This document shows positions 50,307 to 60,674 of a stretch of DNA of 64,000 bases, piece after piece. The notes beneath the pieces are model-generated. The model was not told the DNA's origin, searched no databases, and saw nothing but the letters and a program-made list of their open reading frames with translations. Where the stretch lies: contig CAVUKB010000007.1 of assembly GCA_963741955.1 (NCBI GenBank), forward strand, positions 416,001-480,000. Direction: 5' to 3'. Positions within the stretch are counted from its first letter, which is position 1. Every line of letters starts with the position of its first letter. The position numbers and the translations under genes were made by a program. The stretch is from an uncultured Acidobacteriota bacterium. Lineage in GTDB: Bacteria > Acidobacteriota > Thermoanaerobaculia > Gp7-AA8.

Positions 50307-51020
50307 ATGAGTCAGAAACGAGAGTCGGCGGCGTGTCAGATCTGCGGAACGGCAAAGCACGGCATGCTGCGAAGAGCGATGATCGTGCGCCCTGCCATCG
50401 CGGATCTCATTCGCGAGGAGAAGGGGTCGTTCGACGAACGGGGATGGATCTGTCTCGACGATCTCGACCGCCTGCAGGCGCGCTACGTCCACTCCCTCGT
50501 TGAAAGTGAAGAGGGAGAGCTGACCGCGCTGGATCTCGAAGTTCTCCGCAGCCTCGAGGAGCAGGAGATTCTCAGTCGGAACCCGGACGCCGTGTTCGAC
50601 GCGAAACTCTCTTTCGGCGATCGCCTTTCGGATCGCATCGCGGACTTCGGCGGCAGCTGGACCTTCATCATCATCTTCGCGATCCTTCTCTTCTCCTGGA
50701 TGCTGATCAACTCCGCGCTCCTGGTCGTCCATCCCTTCGACCCCTATCCGTTCATCCTTCTCAACCTGGTTCTCTCCACCCTCGCGGCGATCCAGGCGCC
50801 GGTGATCATGATGAGCCAGAACCGGCAGGAGGCGCGGGACCGCGAGCGCGCGGTGCACGACTATCAGGTGAACCTCAAGGCGGAGCTCGAGATCCGCCAG
50901 CTGCATCAGAAGATCGACCACCTTCTCTCGCATCAGTGGGAGCGGCTGGTGGAGATCCAGGAGATCCAGATGGAGCTGATGGAGGAGATGCGGAAGCCGA
51001 AGGGAAGCGGGACGAAGTAG
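50307..51020 (+). CDS. DUF1003 membrane protein
   Basis: FGGSWTFI, FDPYPFILLNL, QAPVIMMSQNRQ, NLKAELEI. Confidence 0.93.
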   Translation: MSQKRESAACQICGTAKHGMLRRAMIVRPAIADLIREEKGSFDERGWICLDDLDRLQARYVHSLVESEEGELTALDLEVLRSLEEQEILSRNPDAVFDAKLSFGDRLSDRIADFGGSWTFIIIFAILLFSWMLINSALLVVHPFDPYPFILLNLVLSTLAAIQAPVIMMSQNRQEARDRERAVHDYQVNLKAELEIRQLHQKIDHLLSHQWERLVEIQEIQMELMEEMRKPKGSGTK

Positions 51021-51124
51021 TTGCCCGGTCGGTCTGCTCCGAAGATGTCCCGCGTTTACGCATCCCTGCTGCGTCCATCCGGAATTCGAATCTTCTTCCC
51101 CGCATTTTCCCCACTCGGATTCTC

Positions 51125-51736
51125 ATGTCCCAGACGCTCTTCCTCCTCTCTCCGGCGAATCTCCGGGGCGTTCGCGCGAAACAGCTCCTCTCCCCGCGGG
51201 CCGAGTTCTCCGCCGCGCGCGCCTATCGCTCGCCGGATGGTGTTCCGATCGAAGACGCGTTCTCGTTCATGAGTGCTCTCTATTTCCGCGGCAAGGTCGC
51301 GTATGCACGACGGTTCGCGTCGGTGCTCGACGAGGGGGCGAGCGGCGCGTTCGTGATCGCTCCCGGATTCGGCCTCGTGCCGCTGGGATGGCGCCTCACG
51401 CCCGAGCGGGTGAAGAGACTTCGCCGGATTCCGGTGGACCCGAGGCGTCCTGCCTACCGGAAGCCGCTCAATGACGCGGCGAAGCTTCTCGCGGAGCGTC
51501 TTCCGTCCGACGCGAAGGTGGTCCTCCTCGGCAGCGTCGCCACCGGAAAGTACGTCGACATTCTCTGGCCTCTCTTCGGGGATCGCTTCCGCTTCCCCCG
51601 CGCGTTCGCCGGAATCGGCGACATGAGCCGCGGAGCGTTGATGCTCCGCGCGGCGGCGTCGGGGGAGGAGCTCGAATACGTGCCGCTCGACGCGCAACGG
51701 TCGAAAGCGAGAGGCGCGAGGCTAGCTAGAGGCTAA
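51125..51736 (+). CDS. Conserved hypothetical protein
   Basis: FLLSPA, SALYFRGK, VLLGSVATGKY, GDMSRG; coding-like codon usage. Confidence 0.75.
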   Translation: MSQTLFLLSPANLRGVRAKQLLSPRAEFSAARAYRSPDGVPIEDAFSFMSALYFRGKVAYARRFASVLDEGASGAFVIAPGFGLVPLGWRLTPERVKRLRRIPVDPRRPAYRKPLNDAAKLLAERLPSDAKVVLLGSVATGKYVDILWPLFGDRFRFPRAFAGIGDMSRGALMLRAAASGEELEYVPLDAQRSKARGARLARG

Positions 51737-52163
51737 AAGCGCGAGGCTCGAGGCTCGAGGCTAGAGAAGAGACGAGAGACGAGAGACGAGAGACGGGAGG
51801 CGAGAGAGAGGCGAGAGGCGAGAGGCGAGAGACGAGAGACGAGAGGCGAGAGGTGAGAGACGGGAGACGGGAGACGGGAGACGGGAGGCTAGAGAAGAGA
51901 CGAGAGACGAGAGGCGAGAGACGAGAGACGAGAGGCGAGAGACGAGAGACGGGAGGCTAGAGAAGAGACGAGAGACGAGAGGCGAGAGGCGAGAGGCGAG
52001 AGACGGGAGACGAGAGACGAGAGACGGGAGACGAGAGGCGAGAGACGAGAGACGAGAGGCGAGAGGCGAGAGACGAGAAACTGGAGGCTGGACGCTCGGG
52101 TAAATCGGTGTCTGGTTCGACCGAGCCCCGAGTCCCGAGTCCCGAGCCCCGAGCCTCGCGCTT
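51737..52163. repeat. Foldback element: AAGCGCGAGGCTCG terminal inverted repeats around ~45 purine-rich heptamers (GAGACGA/GAGACGG/GAGGCGA)
   Basis: Seen directly between the stop codons of convergent genes. Confidence 0.92.
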
Positions 52164-53797
52164 CATCGCCAGTCGTCTTTCTTCTTCACCAGCTGATCGA
52201 TCGTCAGCATCCGCTCGCTCCCGTCGGTCTCACAGCGGAAGAGCGCGTGGTACCACCCCTTCATGGCGACCGGCCGGTACAGGAGTCCTCCGATCGCGAG
52301 GCATTGTCCGGAGACGAGCTTGAGAAAGACCTCCTCGTACGCGGAACGGGTGAGTCTGCGGTCGGGGAAAGGAATCGTCCGCTGAACGCTGCGACGTTCT
52401 CCTCGCGCTCGGCGCTGCGGCTCCGACAGCTGGCGTCCGGTTCTCGCCCTCCGATCCACATACCGTCCGGAGGAGGTGAGCAGCGACGAGCGTGCGGTGG
52501 TGCGTCGCGAGACGGGACGCGATGCATTCGACGCGGGCCGGGAAGGCGGCCGCCGTTTCGGGCGCGATCGAGAAGGCCGGGCCACCGGATCCGGGGTCCG
52601 CTCTGTGATCTCGTCGTCGTTCCGTTGTTTCTGGTCCGGTGTCGGATGCGTATGCGAGCGAAGCATCACGCTCGCGCGCTCCCGCTCGCGGCCGGCGACG
52701 TACTGGTCGAACGGAGGCTCCTTCCAGAGAGTCTTCCGCTCCGAAGCGAACGTTCGCGCCGCGACCGATCCGGTGAGCTCCGGGATTACGTGACCCCATC
52801 GGCAGAGGCGCCCGACGTCGTCGTACGCGAGCGGCCGGTCCTCGAGCTCGAGAAGGGATGGAGTTGATCCTCTCAATACCGAGAAGAGGAGACGGAAACT
52901 GAATGCGTCGGCATGTTTGCGGATCGCGGCAGCAAACGGAGTCACCGTCGCACACGCGAGCTCCCGGAGCGTCACCATCCGTCCGTCGTCGGTTCGCCAG
53001 CGGTCGTGATCGATGTCCGACGTGTAGGGACTCTTCGGATAGTGGAAGTCTTTGGTGAGCCATCCCTTGCGCGTGGTGTGTTTTCCGGGGATGACGCCGT
53101 CGAAGCGTGGAATGCCGTGCCACTCCAGTTCATCGAGGGTATACGACCGCCACGACATCACTTCGCGAACCATTCCGACCACACACGTCGCGGCGGCGAT
53201 CATCAGCAGCGGCTCGGGTGTGAAGTCTGCGGTGACCTCGATGCGGTTTCCTCGTGGCCGGACCCCGATGCCGGTGGAGCGGCGGTTGGTGGCGAGAATC
53301 ATCAATGGAGCCGGAAGGATGTAGGCGAGAAGGAGTGCGAGAGTGCGGACGTTGCGCTCCCGGTTCTGTTCCGCTCGCGGGACGTCGAACGAGACGTTGT
53401 AGTGCGCGCTGTATGCCTTCAGCCGGATCTCGTGATCGTTCCGGCGTCCCCAACCCGTCAATGCGTCGCGGACGAACGCGATCTGTTCCCACAGCGACCG
53501 GACCACGCGCGCGCTGCAGCCGGGAGCGATCTCGACCAGCGGGGTGACGACTTCGATGACCCCGCGGTCGAAGTAGACCGCTCCTCCGGTCGGCAGCTGG
53601 TACGACGAACGGGTCCGCTCGAGCAGAGGATCGGTGATGAACGCGGTCGGATGGCCCCAGTACGCACGCGGGTCGATCTCCTCGCCATCGAGAAAAACGT
53701 TGAACTCGGCTTCCATGCCGATCGCCGGGTGCTCGAGCCACTGCCTTCGCGAGGCTCGTTCCGACTCGAGATCGAATTTCGTTTCGAGGGGCATCAC
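52163..53797 (-). CDS. PafA/Dop-like carboxylate-amine ligase (GS/GCS fold)
   Basis: IGMEAEF (GxExE), TGGAVYFD..IEVVTP, SAHYN, RIEVTAD resemble PafA/Dop motifs. Confidence 0.7.
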   Translation of the reverse strand: MMPLETKFDLESERASRRQWLEHPAIGMEAEFNVFLDGEEIDPRAYWGHPTAFITDPLLERTRSSYQLPTGGAVYFDRGVIEVVTPLVEIAPGCSARVVRSLWEQIAFVRDALTGWGRRNDHEIRLKAYSAHYNVSFDVPRAEQNRERNVRTLALLLAYILPAPLMILATNRRSTGIGVRPRGNRIEVTADFTPEPLLMIAAATCVVGMVREVMSWRSYTLDELEWHGIPRFDGVIPGKHTTRKGWLTKDFHYPKSPYTSDIDHDRWRTDDGRMVTLRELACATVTPFAAAIRKHADAFSFRLLFSVLRGSTPSLLELEDRPLAYDDVGRLCRWGHVIPELTGSVAARTFASERKTLWKEPPFDQYVAGRERERASVMLRSHTHPTPDQKQRNDDEITERTPDPVARPSRSRPKRRPPSRPASNASRPVSRRTTARSSLLTSSGRYVDRRARTGRQLSEPQRRARGERRSVQRTIPFPDRRLTRSAYEEVFLKLVSGQCLAIGGLLYRPVAMKGWYHALFRCETDGSERMLTIDQLVKKKDDWR

Positions 53798-54094
53798 GAA
53801 TTCCGGGTACGGCGAATTGTGTTCGATTCAGAATGAAACGGGCCCGGCCACCGGGGGGGACGAGACAACGAGTCGCTCGGGATTCAGGCCGGACGTCTCT
53901 CGAGGTGGAAAGCAAACGCTGCGCCGGATCCGAGCGGCAGATACCGCTAGCCCCAATGGCCCGAACTTCGGGGAGGGATCCTTCGCTGCCCAGCACGCTG
54001 CGCCGGATCCCGGCTGAGCTACGGACGTTTCTACCGCGCAGACTCCTGAGGGAAGACGATGGGGAAATCCGGGCTGGCCTCCGGGCCAGTCGGC

Positions 54095-54862
54095 TCAGTC
54101 GGCGCCCGCCTCGTCACCGACCACGGGCTCGTCGGTCTCTCCGGGATCGCTCTCTCCCGGATCCGTCTCTCGCCGGTCCGGTTCCGAACGGCCCCGCCTC
54201 CGGTCTCCTCTCCGCCTCTCCTCGAACGCGAATCGCGGCTGCTGCTGTTGAACCTCCATCCGGTCCTCGCTCATCTCACGCGGGATCAGGAGGATGTAGC
54301 CGAGGTCGACATGGATGTGGTCGTCGGAGGTTCCCGGCTCGTGGCCGTACGGCATGACCCACAGCTCGTCCGAGATCTCGGAAAAGATCTTCCGGAAGCG
54401 CTCGATGGAAGACTCGTCCTGGAGAATGGTGGTTCCTACCCGGTAGATGTCCGCCGCGGTTCCCCACATGTGCGGCGTGCCGAGGTGTGCGAGCTGGTGT
54501 GCGGGCGAGCGGTACCCGCCGTTGACCGCGACGTGAACGGACATCCCCGCGGCGTCTCTCATCCGCTGCAGATACGAGGCGAGGAGGCGGGTGACACATG
54601 GAACGAATCGTGGCCATGCCTGAAGGCGAGGGCTCTCCTTGATGTCGACCAGGAGGAGCTCGCTCAAGCGGAAGTTCGGGGCGAGATCGACGTCGAGTGC
54701 TTCTTCCTTCGACTCGACCTCGTAGAAGTACCTCGGGAGACGATGGCGCCGTCCATTCTTGTCCCGGATCATCTCCCCGGGACGGAGAATCGACCGGAGC
54801 TCATCGTCCAGGTCGAACGCATCGACGACCTTAAGGCCCGATTCCTCCGGAATTTCACTCAT
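54095..54862 (-). CDS. Peptidase M15-like (Zn D-Ala-D-Ala carboxypeptidase fold), no signal peptide
   Basis: GGYRSP, HMWGTAADI, HIHVD. Confidence 0.8.
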   Translation of the reverse strand: MSEIPEESGLKVVDAFDLDDELRSILRPGEMIRDKNGRRHRLPRYFYEVESKEEALDVDLAPNFRLSELLLVDIKESPRLQAWPRFVPCVTRLLASYLQRMRDAAGMSVHVAVNGGYRSPAHQLAHLGTPHMWGTAADIYRVGTTILQDESSIERFRKIFSEISDELWVMPYGHEPGTSDDHIHVDLGYILLIPREMSEDRMEVQQQQPRFAFEERRRGDRRRGRSEPDRRETDPGESDPGETDEPVVGDEAGAD

Positions 54863-55727
54863 TCCGCATCCCCGCCAACGCGGAGTAGATGTCGCGGGAA
54901 ATGTCGGCGACCGCTCCGCTGCGGCCGACTTCCGAAGGGAAGCTGGTCAGGACCACGAGCACGTAGGGCTTCCGCGCCTCGGGATAGACGATGCCCGCGT
55001 CGTGGTGCACGGTGGAGATGTTGCCGGTCTTGTGGGCCACGCGCGCGGCTTCCGGAAGTCCGGCGGGGATTCCGCTCCGATAGCGCTGATCGTGGAGAAT
55101 CTCGAGCATCGCATGCGAGGCCTCTTGCGAAAATGCGCGCCCCTCTTCGATGGTTCGCAGGAGCTGGAGCAGCCCGCCGGCAGTCACCTCATTGTTCAGT
55201 CCGGCGTCGAACGCCGCCTGGTCCTCGACCCCACGGAGAACTCTCATCCCGTGGATCTCGAGCTCGTCGAGCGCCAGCCGGATGGTGGAGATGCCGACCA
55301 CGTCGATCAGGAGATTCGTCGCCAGATTACTGGAGGTGGTGATCATGTGGTACGCGAGATCCCGCACCGACATCGTCTTGCCGATGTTCCCGAAGACCTC
55401 CGGGTCGGAGTCGGGAGAGTAGTCGAGCATGAACGGCTTCTGGTCGACGATGCTGTGAAAGCGGTTGCGGACGTGGACGGGATCGTCGAGAGAAAGCTCG
55501 CCGTGCTCGACCTGACGGAAGACGCCGAGAAGCACCGCCAGTTTCATCGTCGACGCGGCATGGAACCAGGAGTCGGCGCCGTATCCCCAATGGATCGTCG
55601 TCTCGTAATCGTAGAAAGCGATGCCGAGACCGTTCAGACGATGACGCTCTTTCGCTTCGAGCACGCTCGCATAGAGAGACAGCTCGCAGTTCGCGATCGA
55701 AGTCCCGTTCGCCTTCACCTCACTCAT
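54855..55727 (-). CDS. Serine hydrolase, class A beta-lactamase-like, no signal peptide
   Basis: ASTMK (SxxK), SSN, HKTG, HDAG. Confidence 0.9.
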   Translation of the reverse strand: MSEVKANGTSIANCELSLYASVLEAKERHRLNGLGIAFYDYETTIHWGYGADSWFHAASTMKLAVLLGVFRQVEHGELSLDDPVHVRNRFHSIVDQKPFMLDYSPDSDPEVFGNIGKTMSVRDLAYHMITTSSNLATNLLIDVVGISTIRLALDELEIHGMRVLRGVEDQAAFDAGLNNEVTAGGLLQLLRTIEEGRAFSQEASHAMLEILHDQRYRSGIPAGLPEAARVAHKTGNISTVHHDAGIVYPEARKPYVLVVLTSFPSEVGRSGAVADISRDIYSALAGMRNE

Positions 55728-55734
55728 CGCTCGT

Positions 55735-56508
55735 TCAGTCCCCGGAGACCAGCAGTACCATTTTCCACGAACCGTTCCGTTTTTCGAAAGCGGCGCGATA
55801 GCCGACCGGCTGCCTTACGTATCTGTCCCGGACGAAACCATTCGCACCGTCGGGGATCCCGATTCCGATCCATTCCTTTCCGTCGGTCGCGGTCGGGGTG
55901 CCGTTGACGATCCTGACGATGTTGTGATCGAGGGTCGCGACGATCTTCGACTGGGGATCTGCGGCGTTGAACAGCGGCACACCGCCCTCGGTGATCACTC
56001 CGTACTGAAATCCATCGTACGCCGGAGGGAAGGTCTTGAACCAGTACGGAGCCCAGAAACGTCGCCGGCCGTCAGGGGTCTGTTCGAAAACTCCACCGTG
56101 GGTGATCACGTCCTGGAGCACGCTCCAGAGCGGACTTGCGGGCGTGGACGGGTTCCATCGCTGGCGGAACATCTCCAGTCCGTGGTCGCGAGGCCCGAAT
56201 CCGAGCCGGATGTCGGATGCGAGGAACGACTCGAGCTGGTGTGCATCGTGGCGCATCACCGTGGCGAGGAGGTCGCGCCGGTAGTCCATGAACGTGGGAT
56301 CCGACGGTGCCTGGTCGACCGGCGGGAGCTGCGGACCTTCCGCGCGGGGGATGGTCGAGTGTGAGGACTGCTGGTTGGTGCTCCCCTCGTCGATTGCGAT
56401 CTCGGGAGATCCGGGCGCCGGCTGAGACGTGCCGTCCGGAGAGCGGAGCTCGTTACTGCAGCCGAGGAGGGTGACGGCCAGTGCGCAGAGAAGCGCGGCG
56501 GAACGCAT
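55735..56508 (-). CDS. Lipoprotein with C-terminal SH3-like domain
   Basis: Lipobox LLGC; W....GFV...YV; GYRAAFEKRNGSWK. Confidence 0.75.
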   Translation of the reverse strand: MRSAALLCALAVTLLGCSNELRSPDGTSQPAPGSPEIAIDEGSTNQQSSHSTIPRAEGPQLPPVDQAPSDPTFMDYRRDLLATVMRHDAHQLESFLASDIRLGFGPRDHGLEMFRQRWNPSTPASPLWSVLQDVITHGGVFEQTPDGRRRFWAPYWFKTFPPAYDGFQYGVITEGGVPLFNAADPQSKIVATLDHNIVRIVNGTPTATDGKEWIGIGIPDGANGFVRDRYVRQPVGYRAAFEKRNGSWKMVLLVSGD

Positions 56509-56702
56509 GTCACGACCCTCTCGTCGCGAGGAGGCCCGCGGCGAAGTCGGACCGGTACCGTGATGCGCGAGCGATCCGGCCGCGTGGAGAGCTCCTCTTC
56601 CGAAGGCGAGTGGACGGGAAAGCGATCTCTGAGTACATCGGTCTGCCATCCCGAGTGCAAGTTGCGGGCCCCGGAGCGGTCGAGGAGCGAGGCGGAACGG
56701 AA

Positions 56703-57488
56703 TCAACGTTTCCAGTCGTTCAGCGACCAGTCGTAGTCGTCGAATGCGAGCTCGATCCGCGACCCGGTGAGCGTCGCCCGTTCCGCCGGCGGCAGGTAGC
56801 GGGCGACGAAGTTTCCTCTTCCCGGGCCCCACTTCTCGAAATCGTCCGCGAACCAGTTCATGATTTTCGTGACGTGCAACACGACGTGATCGCCGCTCCG
56901 TTCGATCCGCGCGCCATTCGGTCCGTTCAGAAACGCCCGGGCCTGATCGTCCAGCTGTTCGTTCACCCGCGCTCCGACGTACGCCTCGGTGCGGATCGGA
57001 GGGCACGAGCGTGCCGCGCAGTTGATCGCAAAATGGATCCGCGGATCGTGAAAGCCTTCCCGGATCTTCTGGTTCTCGATCGTGTCGAGGGATATGGCGC
57101 CGTCGCCGAACGGGACGAACGGCTTCTTGAAGACGTTGAGTCGCACGAAAAGATCCGTGGAGAGATCCCGGATCGAACGGATCGGATAATGATCGACCAC
57201 GATTCCGACCACTGACGTGTTGTAGAGATTGATCCAGTACGCCAGCTGCTCGTCGTGGTCGAGCGCGGCGACGTCGACCTTCGCCAGTTCCTGCCGGAGG
57301 GCGCGGAGCGTCGCCGCGTCATGTGCGGCGATCCCCGCGTAATCCATGCCGTGCGCGGGGTCGTAGTACTTCGTGAGGATTCTGTTCCACGCGGAGTAGT
57401 CGGGCTCCGCGGCCATCGCCGACGAAGCTCCGATCAGGAGCGAAAGCGACAGAAACACGACGACCACAATTCGAGTTCTCGAGTGCAT
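56703..57488 (-). CDS. DUF547 secreted protein
   Basis: LAYWINLYN, DPRIHFAINCAARSCPPI, YDWSLN. Confidence 0.92.
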   Translation of the reverse strand: MHSRTRIVVVVFLSLSLLIGASSAMAAEPDYSAWNRILTKYYDPAHGMDYAGIAAHDAATLRALRQELAKVDVAALDHDEQLAYWINLYNTSVVGIVVDHYPIRSIRDLSTDLFVRLNVFKKPFVPFGDGAISLDTIENQKIREGFHDPRIHFAINCAARSCPPIRTEAYVGARVNEQLDDQARAFLNGPNGARIERSGDHVVLHVTKIMNWFADDFEKWGPGRGNFVARYLPPAERATLTGSRIELAFDDYDWSLNDWKR

Positions 57489-57569
57489 CAGAAAGGCTCC
57501 TTCGCTGCCGGTGATCAGGACGTCTCTGTGCATTCGATTGTCTCACGGCGGTCTGGTGACGGCGACCCT

Positions 57570-57685
57570 GCGTATCGCGCCAAACTAAATCTGACCGAAG
57601 GGTGGATCGTCGCGCCAAAAAGAATCTGACCGGCGCATCCTCTGTGGGGGAGGGTGCGATGAAGGCGGAGGGTCGACACGAGCAG
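57570..57685 (+). mobile_element. Solo left end plus first codons of the IS at 33243
   Basis: Close match to 33243-33358. Confidence 0.88.
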
Positions 57686-58852
57686 TCAACGGCCGATCTC
57701 GTCGAGATAGCGGCCGATCCGCTCGATGCCCTCTCCGGCGCTCTGTGGATCGGTCGCGAACGAGATGCGGAGAAAGCCTTCTCCGCGTTTGCCGAATGCG
57801 ACGCCGGGCACCGTCAGGACTGCCGCCTCGGTCGCGACGGCGTGTGCGAATCCGGCGCTGTCGCACGTCGGGACCGGGACGAAGAGATAGAACGCGGCGG
57901 GCGGAGCTTCGACTTCTGCTCCGATGTAGCGCCGGGCAGCGAACACCGCAGCCTCGCGCTGTTGGGCGAATCGGGAGCGGAGTGACTCCAGCCATTGTCC
58001 GCGCCATTCGTCGCTCTCGAGAACGATCGTCGCCAGTGCCTGTGAGAACGTGGAGGCGCAGGTCGCGATGTATTGATGCGCGCGAATGATGGTGTGCATC
58101 CGCGGCTCGCGCGCGATCGCCCATCCGAGACGCAACCCGGTCATCGAGTACGCCTTCGACATTCCGTCGACGACCACGACATTCTCTCCCATCCCGATCA
58201 TCGACGGAGGAGCGGCGCCGTAGTGGATCTCGCGATAGACCTCGTCCGACACCACGACCACTCCCCGTTCCGCGGCCATGGCGGCGATCGCCCGAAGGGT
58301 CGGAGCGGCGAGAACGCCGCCGGTCGGATTGGAGGGGGAGTTGACCACGATCAATTTCGTGCGGGACGAGAGGAGCGGAGCGAGCGCCGCGACGTCGAGA
58401 GTCCACCTCTCCGGATCGAGCGGATACGGCACCGGTACGCCGCCTGCGAGCCGCGCAAGGGTCGGATAGGCGACGAATCCCGGATCGGGGACCAGCACTT
58501 CGTCACCCGGATCGACGAACGACTGAAAGACGGAGTACAGCGCTTCCTCCGTCCCGGCGGTGATGCAGATCTCGGATCTCGGATCGTAGGAGGGGGCGAA
58601 GTGTGAAGACACGAGCTGGCGCAACGCGGGATCACCCGCGTTCGCCGAGTAGTGCCACGACGCTTCGCCGGCAGCGCGACGGGCCATGTCGCGGAAAGTC
58701 TCATCCGGCTCGATGTTCGGCTCGCCGATTCCGAGATTGATCGAGAACGGGGTCGCGAGCGCGTTGATCTGCCGGATCAGAGAGATCTCGATGCCGTCGA
58801 ACCGCGATGCGGTGCGGATGCCGCTCGCTTTCCCGCGTTTCGAGTGCGTCAC
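57686..58852 (-). CDS. Class I/II PLP aminotransferase, probable DapC by context
   Basis: NSPSNPTG, SDEVY, MSKAYSMTGLRLG; directly after dapD. Confidence 0.9.
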   Translation of the reverse strand: MTHSKRGKASGIRTASRFDGIEISLIRQINALATPFSINLGIGEPNIEPDETFRDMARRAAGEASWHYSANAGDPALRQLVSSHFAPSYDPRSEICITAGTEEALYSVFQSFVDPGDEVLVPDPGFVAYPTLARLAGGVPVPYPLDPERWTLDVAALAPLLSSRTKLIVVNSPSNPTGGVLAAPTLRAIAAMAAERGVVVVSDEVYREIHYGAAPPSMIGMGENVVVVDGMSKAYSMTGLRLGWAIAREPRMHTIIRAHQYIATCASTFSQALATIVLESDEWRGQWLESLRSRFAQQREAAVFAARRYIGAEVEAPPAAFYLFVPVPTCDSAGFAHAVATEAAVLTVPGVAFGKRGEGFLRISFATDPQSAGEGIERIGRYLDEIGR

Positions 58853-58864
58853 GCCCCGCTCCGT

Positions 58865-59695
58865 TCAGCGCAATGCTGCTTCGAGCGCCGTCGCCGCATC
58901 CGTCTTGTCGTCACGGTACTTCACGATCACCGGGCTCGCGATGTGGAGCTGATGCTCCTCGGCGAATTTTCCCTTCAGCGGACGCGATCCGGGAATCACC
59001 ACCGCGCCGTACGGGATCTCGAGCGGCCGTTCCTCGGTCTTGCGGTAAATCTGGCCGCGCACCGCGTCGTACACCGGAGTGGAGCCGGTGATCACCACAC
59101 CCGCTCCGATCACCGCCTTCGAGCGGACGATGGTTCCTTCGTAAATGCCGCTGTTTCCTCCGACAACCACGTCGTCTTCGACGATCACCGGAAGATTTCC
59201 GACCGGCTCGAGGACTCCGCCGATCTGCGCTCCCGCGCTCAGGTGGACCCGCTTGCCGATCTGTGCGCACGAGCCGACCAGCGCATGCGAGTCGATCATC
59301 GTTTCCTCGTCGACGTACGCACCGACGTTCACGTACGCCGGAGGCATCATCACGACGCCCGGGGCGACGAAGGCTCCTCGACGGACCGCGGTGCCGCCGG
59401 GGACGATCCGGATGTTCTCGTCTTTCCGGAAACGGCGCGCCGGAATGGTGTCTTTGTCGATGAATGAGAGAGATCCGGAGGCGAACTCGGCGAGTACACC
59501 GATTCGGAACGCGTTGAGGATCCCCTCCTTGACCCAGCTCTGTGCCTTCCAGACACCCATGTCGTCCCGCTCGGCGGCGCGGACGTTTCCCTTTTCGAGC
59601 TCGGTGAGAAAGAGTCCGATGATCCGGACCGCTTCCCCACGGTTCGCGGCCGTGTCGATGGAGGCCATCCGGTGTTCGATGGAGTCAACCAGCAT
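58865..59695 (-). CDS. dapD: Tetrahydrodipicolinate N-succinyltransferase
   Basis: [33 protein letters not shown]. Confidence 0.96.
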   Translation of the reverse strand: MLVDSIEHRMASIDTAANRGEAVRIIGLFLTELEKGNVRAAERDDMGVWKAQSWVKEGILNAFRIGVLAEFASGSLSFIDKDTIPARRFRKDENIRIVPGGTAVRRGAFVAPGVVMMPPAYVNVGAYVDEETMIDSHALVGSCAQIGKRVHLSAGAQIGGVLEPVGNLPVIVEDDVVVGGNSGIYEGTIVRSKAVIGAGVVITGSTPVYDAVRGQIYRKTEERPLEIPYGAVVIPGSRPLKGKFAEEHQLHIASPVIVKYRDDKTDAATALEAALR

Positions 59696-59696
59696 G

Positions 59697-60626
59697 TCAT
59701 GCTCCCCTGGAGGCCGGAAGAAGTTCGCATTGGGCGAGGATCTCCCGCAGCCGTGTACGGTTCGCGTCGCTCATCGGAGCGAGCGGCGCGCGGAGAAGAT
59801 CGTTCTCGATGAGATTCATCATCTTCATCGCAGTCTTCACCGGCCCCGGATTGGATTCGATGAAATTTCCTTCCATCAGCGGAAGGATACGCTCGTGGAC
59901 GTCGCGCGCCTTCCTGAAATCTCCCGAGAGTGCCGCGGAGACCATCTGCTTCATCAGTCCTGGAATCTCGTTCGCGGCCACGGAGATCACTCCATCCGCT
60001 CCGAGAGCGATCATCGGAAGAGTCCACGAGTCCTCGCCGCTGACTACGAGAAAGCCGGGATCGCGTTCACGCAGGATGGTCATGATCTGATCGAGATTTG
60101 CGGACGCCTCCTTCACTCCGATCACATTCGGGATCTCTCTCGCGATGCGGAGCGTAGTCGCCGCGGTCATGTTCGTTCCGGTGCGGCCGGGGACGTTGTA
60201 GAGGATCATCGGGAAGCCGGTCTTCACTTTCTCCAGCGCCTCGGCTTGTGCGGAGAAGTGCCGGAGGAGTCCGTCGGGCGTCGGCTTGTTGTAGTACGGA
60301 GTGATGGTGAGGATGCCGTCCGCCCCGCGGTCAAGGGAGGCGATGGCGAAGTCGACCGCTTTGGTGGTGGAGTTGCTGCCGGCGCCTGCGAGAACGGGAA
60401 CGCGCCCGTTCGCCCGCTTCACGACGATCTCGATCACCCGAAGATGCTCGTCGTGCGAGAGCGCAGGGTTCTCGCCGGTGGTTCCACAGGGGACGAGAAA
60501 ATCCGTTCCCTGATCCACGTGCCAGTCGACCAGCCTTGCGAGAGCGGCCTCGTCGATCGACTCGTCGTCCTTGAACGGCGTGACGATCGCCACGCCGACT
60601 CCGCGGAATCTCTCGTCCTTCTCCAT
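59697..60626 (-). CDS. dapA: 4-hydroxy-tetrahydrodipicolinate synthase
   Basis: [31 protein letters not shown]. Confidence 0.97.
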   Translation of the reverse strand: MEKDERFRGVGVAIVTPFKDDESIDEAALARLVDWHVDQGTDFLVPCGTTGENPALSHDEHLRVIEIVVKRANGRVPVLAGAGSNSTTKAVDFAIASLDRGADGILTITPYYNKPTPDGLLRHFSAQAEALEKVKTGFPMILYNVPGRTGTNMTAATTLRIAREIPNVIGVKEASANLDQIMTILRERDPGFLVVSGEDSWTLPMIALGADGVISVAANEIPGLMKQMVSAALSGDFRKARDVHERILPLMEGNFIESNPGPVKTAMKMMNLIENDLLRAPLAPMSDANRTRLREILAQCELLPASRGA

Positions 60627-60674
60627 CAGATCGTTCCTCCCGATTGCGGATGCGGTCGGGTTGCCGGCCCGGGG

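Noticed and set aside
53798-54094. Small Pup/UBact gene next to the PafA-like ligase
   Set aside because: No short co-directional ORF ending in GGE or GGQ was found; the gap contains a REP arm.
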